DNA from: Erwinia phage PhiEaH1
Reading direction: 5' to 3' (one strand)
Length of the DNA: 40,000 bases
Sequence record: KF623294.1
Below are positions 36,130 through 40,000 of this stretch, one piece after another (the first letter of the stretch is position 1; each line of letters starts with the position of its first letter). The notes beneath the pieces were generated by a model, which was given only the letters and a program-made list of their open reading frames with translations, searched no databases and was not told the DNA's origin. The position numbers and the translations under genes are program-made.

Positions 36130-37161
36130 TTACGGGTGAATCTTTTCCCAGAGCTCCTGGTGAGCTTTGATTTCGAGGTGGTTAAGGTACTGTAATGTTC
36201 CTTTACGCACTCCCTGGTAGATATTCACGTAATCGAAGTCGTAGTACGCTTCCAGCAGGATGGTGACTGAAGGAGATTTTTCCTGAATCTCCTTGTGTTT
36301 ACGGTAGACGCCACGCACGTGCTGGAAGAAAGCATCACGTACACCGTCCAGGGTTTCCTTCAGACTGCACGCGAACAGCTGGTACAACGCCACATGTACA
36401 TCACGCCATGGGGTCAGGTCACCGTGACCAATGGCTGTCAGACAGAAGCGGCGAGCATCGTCGTATTTGAGCGCCATGGCCACATGACCAACCTTCTCCT
36501 GCTCTGTCCAGAACCAGTCTGGGGTTTCGGTCTGCGCATGTTCGAAGAACGACACCACGAGTTCAGGTGCATCGCCGGAATACTGGATGTGGTCAACTGC
36601 CAAACTTTTACGCAGGTCTTTTACCTTATGGACGGCTTCGTTGAAGAGACCTAACCACGGACTGAGCCCATTGGTCTTACCGGGTTCCGATGATGCGAAG
36701 ACCGGCAGTTCCAGGTCGGCGAGGAAAGAGCGTAACGCCAGAATTTCTATCAACAGCGGACGCTCAGGGATACCTTCTACACCGTGGTCACCCAGGTAGT
36801 AGTTTGCCTCCACCTTCACGCTCATGTGAGAAACCGTGTAGTTGATGTCGCTATCGCCGCCTAGCGTCAGTACCCCGTCTTTGTTGATGAGTTGCAGCGT
36901 ACCGTACCCACCGTCTAACTCTAGGTACAACGTGAAGTCTTTGTTGAGGTCCGCTTTCGCCATGTCCTCATCGGACAGTGGGCAGTCGATGCTTTCGTTA
37001 ACCTTCCAGTCCAGGGAGATAGTGTCGACGGTAATCTTCTGAAGCTGGTCGAGAGAGTGATAACCCTTCTCGGAGATTTCGCGACGCCACTCACAGCGGT
37101 CGTCAACGAAGGTCAGGTAAATTTCTTGTACGTCTTTGTTGGTTGCGAAAAGTGAAGTCAT
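36130..37161 (-). CDS. Hypothetical protein (343 aa)
   Basis: Long leftward ORF. Confidence 0.75.
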   Translation of the reverse strand: MTSLFATNKDVQEIYLTFVDDRCEWRREISEKGYHSLDQLQKITVDTISLDWKVNESIDCPLSDEDMAKADLNKDFTLYLELDGGYGTLQLINKDGVLTLGGDSDINYTVSHMSVKVEANYYLGDHGVEGIPERPLLIEILALRSFLADLELPVFASSEPGKTNGLSPWLGLFNEAVHKVKDLRKSLAVDHIQYSGDAPELVVSFFEHAQTETPDWFWTEQEKVGHVAMALKYDDARRFCLTAIGHGDLTPWRDVHVALYQLFACSLKETLDGVRDAFFQHVRGVYRKHKEIQEKSPSVTILLEAYYDFDYVNIYQGVRKGTLQYLNHLEIKAHQELWEKIHP

Positions 37162-37742
37162 TTGGTTTCCTCCTGAGGAATGATTTGTTCGACACGAACG
37201 ATTTTAATGGTTTCTTTGGCGAAGACTCGCCACTCCGTCGTGTACATGGAAGCAGCATTGCCGCCGTACGCCGCCCCGTCAAAGCCTGCTGCGATTAACT
37301 TAGTAACCTCTTCAGGGTCGTCGTAGAACGGGTAGGCTTGGAAGTAGAGTTCCTCCAGTCGGTCCGGGTAACGGTCCAACCATTGGTCAATCGTGTGGTT
37401 CGGGTACTGCGCAAATTCCGATACGGTCATGTCTTCCCAGAGGTTGGTGTTGACAATCCACTCTTTGAACTTGCGGGCAATACGTAGGGCTTCGGTACGC
37501 CCGAGTTTAGCTTCAACCTCACCTAACTCCAGGAAGGGGTCAGTCGGGGTATTCTGGAAAAAGTTCTTGCAGTCGAGAGTGGCAACGACGATGCGTGGGT
37601 TCTCGACTTGCCCCAACGCATCCAGCGGATGGATGGCGTAGTAGTGAGCGGTGGGTCGATGGTTACTGAAGGTCCATGACGCCAACCGCTTGTCTAAGAC
37701 GTCTCCCGCACCGTAAATGCCGCGAAAGAATTCTGTGGTCAT
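37158..37742 (-). CDS. Hypothetical protein (194 aa)
   Basis: ATGA-type overlap with the downstream ORF. Confidence 0.7.
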   Translation of the reverse strand: MTTEFFRGIYGAGDVLDKRLASWTFSNHRPTAHYYAIHPLDALGQVENPRIVVATLDCKNFFQNTPTDPFLELGEVEAKLGRTEALRIARKFKEWIVNTNLWEDMTVSEFAQYPNHTIDQWLDRYPDRLEELYFQAYPFYDDPEEVTKLIAAGFDGAAYGGNAASMYTTEWRVFAKETIKIVRVEQIIPQEETK

Positions 37743-38401
37743 TGTGCTTTAAGACTCCCGCCTGTTTTGCTGGCCCCGGCCTGCACTTGTTGTTCTTTGC
37801 GCAGGTAAACCATTTCGAGGTTGAAATGATAAACCGCATTGTTCAGAATCGCCCGTAACCCCGTCAGGGTTTTAGCGCTGTTAATTTGGTCAACCAGATA
37901 ATCGCGATGATGCGGGTCGAATTCCTGGAACGCAACTTCTTGTCCCAGACGTTTGTGAATGTCGTGTACCACAGCGTTCAGTGCGTATTTCTCTTGTACT
38001 TCTTTGTAGTGCACTTCGTAGATATCGCGGACCGCATCGAGTAAAGCCTTCAGACGGTCAGACCCGCCCACGATGAACAGTTGGTGTTCCACATCCCGCA
38101 CGAACTCGGAGATGAAATCCACCATCTGACTTTCAACCGCCAGAAAATCAGGGAGTATGATGTCTCGCCAGTTCTGACTGTTTTTCAACATCCCTTCTAA
38201 CCAGACTTGTTCCGAACGCTCAGTCTCGGCAACCAGTCCCGGAAGACGCGCCGCGAGATTGGATTGGAGGCTGGCAACCATTGGTTTGTTCAGTGCGGTT
38301 GTTTTTGCCCGTTCAGTCAGGTTCAACAGGTCCTGCATGGTGGCTGCTGCCATCTGAACGTAAATGAGCTTCTTCTTGTTGTCGAAGTTGTTGTACATTA
38401 C
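37739..38401 (-). CDS. Hypothetical helical protein (start MYNNFDNKKKLIYVQ)
   Basis: ORF track 37739..38428; internal Met plausible after AGGAG. Confidence 0.65.
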   Translation of the reverse strand, partial: VMYNNFDNKKKLIYVQMAAATMQDLLNLTERAKTTALNKPMVASLQSNLAARLPGLVAETERSEQVWLEGMLKNSQNWRDIILPDFLAVESQMVDFISEFVRDVEHQLFIVGGSDRLKALLDAVRDIYEVHYKEVQEKYALNAVVHDIHKRLGQEVAFQEFDPHHRDYLVDQINSAKTLTGLRAILNNAVYHFNLEMVYLRKEQQVQAGASKTGGSLKAQ

Positions 38402-38478
38402 TTTTTTCTCCTGAATAAAAGAATACACTCCAGGTCCCCGAAGGAACCTGGAGGCATAAGGTTTATGTCCGTCGTAAA

Positions 38479-38880
38479 TTATGACTTACGATTCTGATGA
38501 GCAGCGATACCGTTGACAATGCGTTTCAACGCGTCGACCGTGTCGTTCCACTTGCGGTACAATTCGCTGGCGTGACCGAATTCAGGGAACGCGTTGATTT
38601 CGATTTCCATCGCACGCATCACCCCTTTGAAGTCATGGTGGTCGAACATGGATGGCCAGGTAGACACGACATGGGATTTGACGGTCTGGTACTGCATCCC
38701 CGCTTTGGAGGCTTTCATTTCCCCGACGGTTGGAAGACGCACTTTATCCAAATAGTCAGTAAGCTCGGACAAAGGTGCTTCGGTTTGCTTATTCAAAAGC
38801 TTGATAAGTTTTTCTTTATGCTCATCGTCGAGTTCTTCGATTAGGCCCACGATGACATCGTATATTTTTTCTTGTTTCAT
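38479..38880 (-). CDS. Hypothetical protein (133 aa)
   Basis: Leftward ORF. Confidence 0.65.
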   Translation of the reverse strand: MKQEKIYDVIVGLIEELDDEHKEKLIKLLNKQTEAPLSELTDYLDKVRLPTVGEMKASKAGMQYQTVKSHVVSTWPSMFDHHDFKGVMRAMEIEINAFPEFGHASELYRKWNDTVDALKRIVNGIAAHQNRKS

Positions 38881-38915
38881 GTTTACTCCGATAGGGGTCC
38901 ATGGACCCCGGGTTA

Positions 38916-39311
38916 TTAGTTAGTGTTTTGTTTACGTAAGCAGCGACCAGCCTGAACTATCTTGATGAGATGTCCGATGTAGCTGTTCCATTGCTTTGAG
39001 TAGTAGTGCTGACTGCGGTACCACGGATAACGTTCAGGTAGCCAGTCCATGAATTTCGTAATGGCCTCTCTGAATTCAAAGTCTTCAAAGAGTGGGATAT
39101 GGGTCATCTTGAAGAGTCCAATGGACACCTTTAAGAAGTTCTTCTTCACATCGTTCCTGGACATCGGCTCCGATGAAAGATGTTGACGCAAGAAACCAAT
39201 GACTTCTTGCTGTGGGTCAAACGTCCCTTGAATCGCAAGAATGATTTCTTTGCGTTCTTCGATACTGTACAGACTGAGTGCTTCAATTATCTCTTTATAT
39301 TTTTCCGTCAT
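38916..39311 (-). CDS. Hypothetical protein (start MTEKYKEIIEAL)
   Basis: ORF track 38916..39323; internal Met with GGAGG upstream. Confidence 0.65.
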   Translation of the reverse strand: MTEKYKEIIEALSLYSIEERKEIILAIQGTFDPQQEVIGFLRQHLSSEPMSRNDVKKNFLKVSIGLFKMTHIPLFEDFEFREAITKFMDWLPERYPWYRSQHYYSKQWNSYIGHLIKIVQAGRCLRKQNTN

Positions 39312-39377
39312 AAATACCTCCAATGGTGTTACGGATTATTGTTGTAGTGGAAGGCATAAGTACACCTTCTCATGCTG

Positions 39378-39389
39378 ATAATATAGACC
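39378..39389 (-). promoter_or_regulatory. Promoter-like element GGTCTATATTAT
   Basis: 11 of 12 identical to the element at 27051..27062; upstream of the 39311 start. Confidence 0.5.
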
Positions 39390-39417
39390 TTTCCTCACTT
39401 TAAAACGGGTTGTGAAT

Positions 39418-40000
39418 ATGGCCATTCGTGACGTTTTCTTGCGCCTCTCCCGCGTCCAGAGCTTCGACAAGAAGTTCGCCAATCGGGTGAAAGCGTTTTA
39501 CAATGGGTTCATTAACAAGAACCCTGAACATTCCGGCTTCTTCGGTTCCGGTTTATTAGCCGTGCACCGTCTGCGTTGGACAGACCAGGAAACCGGGAAC
39601 TGGTTCGATGACATCCTGGAAGGCGACCGTGATGAAATCCAGGAAGCCCTCTGGGAACTGGATAGCGTTGACCGAAACCACATCGTGGCCTCTGACGCCC
39701 TGAACCTCAGTGTGATTTATCTGGTCCACCGGACACTGACCAGCAAGGCACTGAACGCCAAAGAACAACATGAGTGCGCGGTACACCTCATCAGTATCCT
39801 GCACTTCAAGTACATCTCCAGTATTCTCACCAACTACTTCCAGTATCAGTCTGACCCCCAGATTGCGCTGCGTACGTACGAGGCGATGAACTTCAAGTTT
39901 GACCTGAAGGTCCTGAAGACGTGGGGTAATCTGATTCACGCCCGCGCCGAAAGCATCATTGCCAAATCCGGTATCCACTACAAAACCTTCATCGCCTTTG
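39418..40000 (+). CDS. Partial rightward gene, conserved phage protein (MAIRDVFLRLSRVQSFDKKFANRVKAFYNGF...)
   Basis: Open frame from ATG 39418 to the window edge with no stop (194 codons); absent from the ORF track, which lists only antisense frames here. Confidence 0.8.
   Translation, partial: MAIRDVFLRLSRVQSFDKKFANRVKAFYNGFINKNPEHSGFFGSGLLAVHRLRWTDQETGNWFDDILEGDRDEIQEALWELDSVDRNHIVASDALNLSVIYLVHRTLTSKALNAKEQHECAVHLISILHFKYISSILTNYFQYQSDPQIALRTYEAMNFKFDLKVLKTWGNLIHARAESIIAKSGIHYKTFIAF

Noticed and set aside
1-40000. CRISPR arrays
   Set aside because: No regularly spaced identical repeats seen on a by-eye scan.
1-40000. tRNA genes
   Set aside because: No cloverleaf with GGTTCRA T-arm and 7-bp acceptor recognised, though a by-eye scan is not exhaustive; tRNAscan-SE would settle it.
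1-40000. Transposase, integrase or IS element
   Set aside because: No DDE or recombinase motifs and no terminal inverted repeats flanking a gene.

Overview
This 40 kb window looks like part of a large (jumbo) dsDNA myovirus genome with phiKZ-like features. It is almost entirely leftward-transcribed. Three rightward genes interrupt it: 13084..14157, 21938..22768, and 39418 to past the right edge, the last of which is missing from the supplied ORF track. Recognisable proteins, all read from sequence motifs: (i) the N-terminal half of a split multisubunit RNA polymerase beta' with a Cys cluster and the NADFDGD catalytic motif; (ii) a divergent family-B DNA polymerase C-terminal region with motif B-like and DTDS motif C but no visible motif A or exonuclease; (iii) a PhuZ/FtsZ-like tubulin; (iv) an SSB-like protein ending in DFDSDIPF; (v) an SbcD/Mre11-like phosphoesterase; (vi) an SLT lytic transglycosylase with a signal peptide; (vii) small HTH, DUF4262-like, CYTH-like and zinc-ribbon proteins. 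The rest is mostly small uncharacterised leftward ORFs typical of jumbo-phage accessory regions. The best candidates for something undescribed are: (a) a 452-aa protein with a roughly 120-residue RG/RD/SR low-complexity tail, beside other proteins with Arg/Gly tracts, including a 656-aa ORF with two plausible start sites next to RNAP beta' that should be tested as a nucleus/condensate protein; (b) a 480-bp inverted-repeat-rich non-coding region downstream of the tubulin gene; (c) a tandem cassette of small proteins with similar beta-strand C-termini; (d) recurrent GGTCTATATTA / TATATTAC-like promoter candidates and TTACTGT-type elements. All family calls are by eye; no database searches were run.
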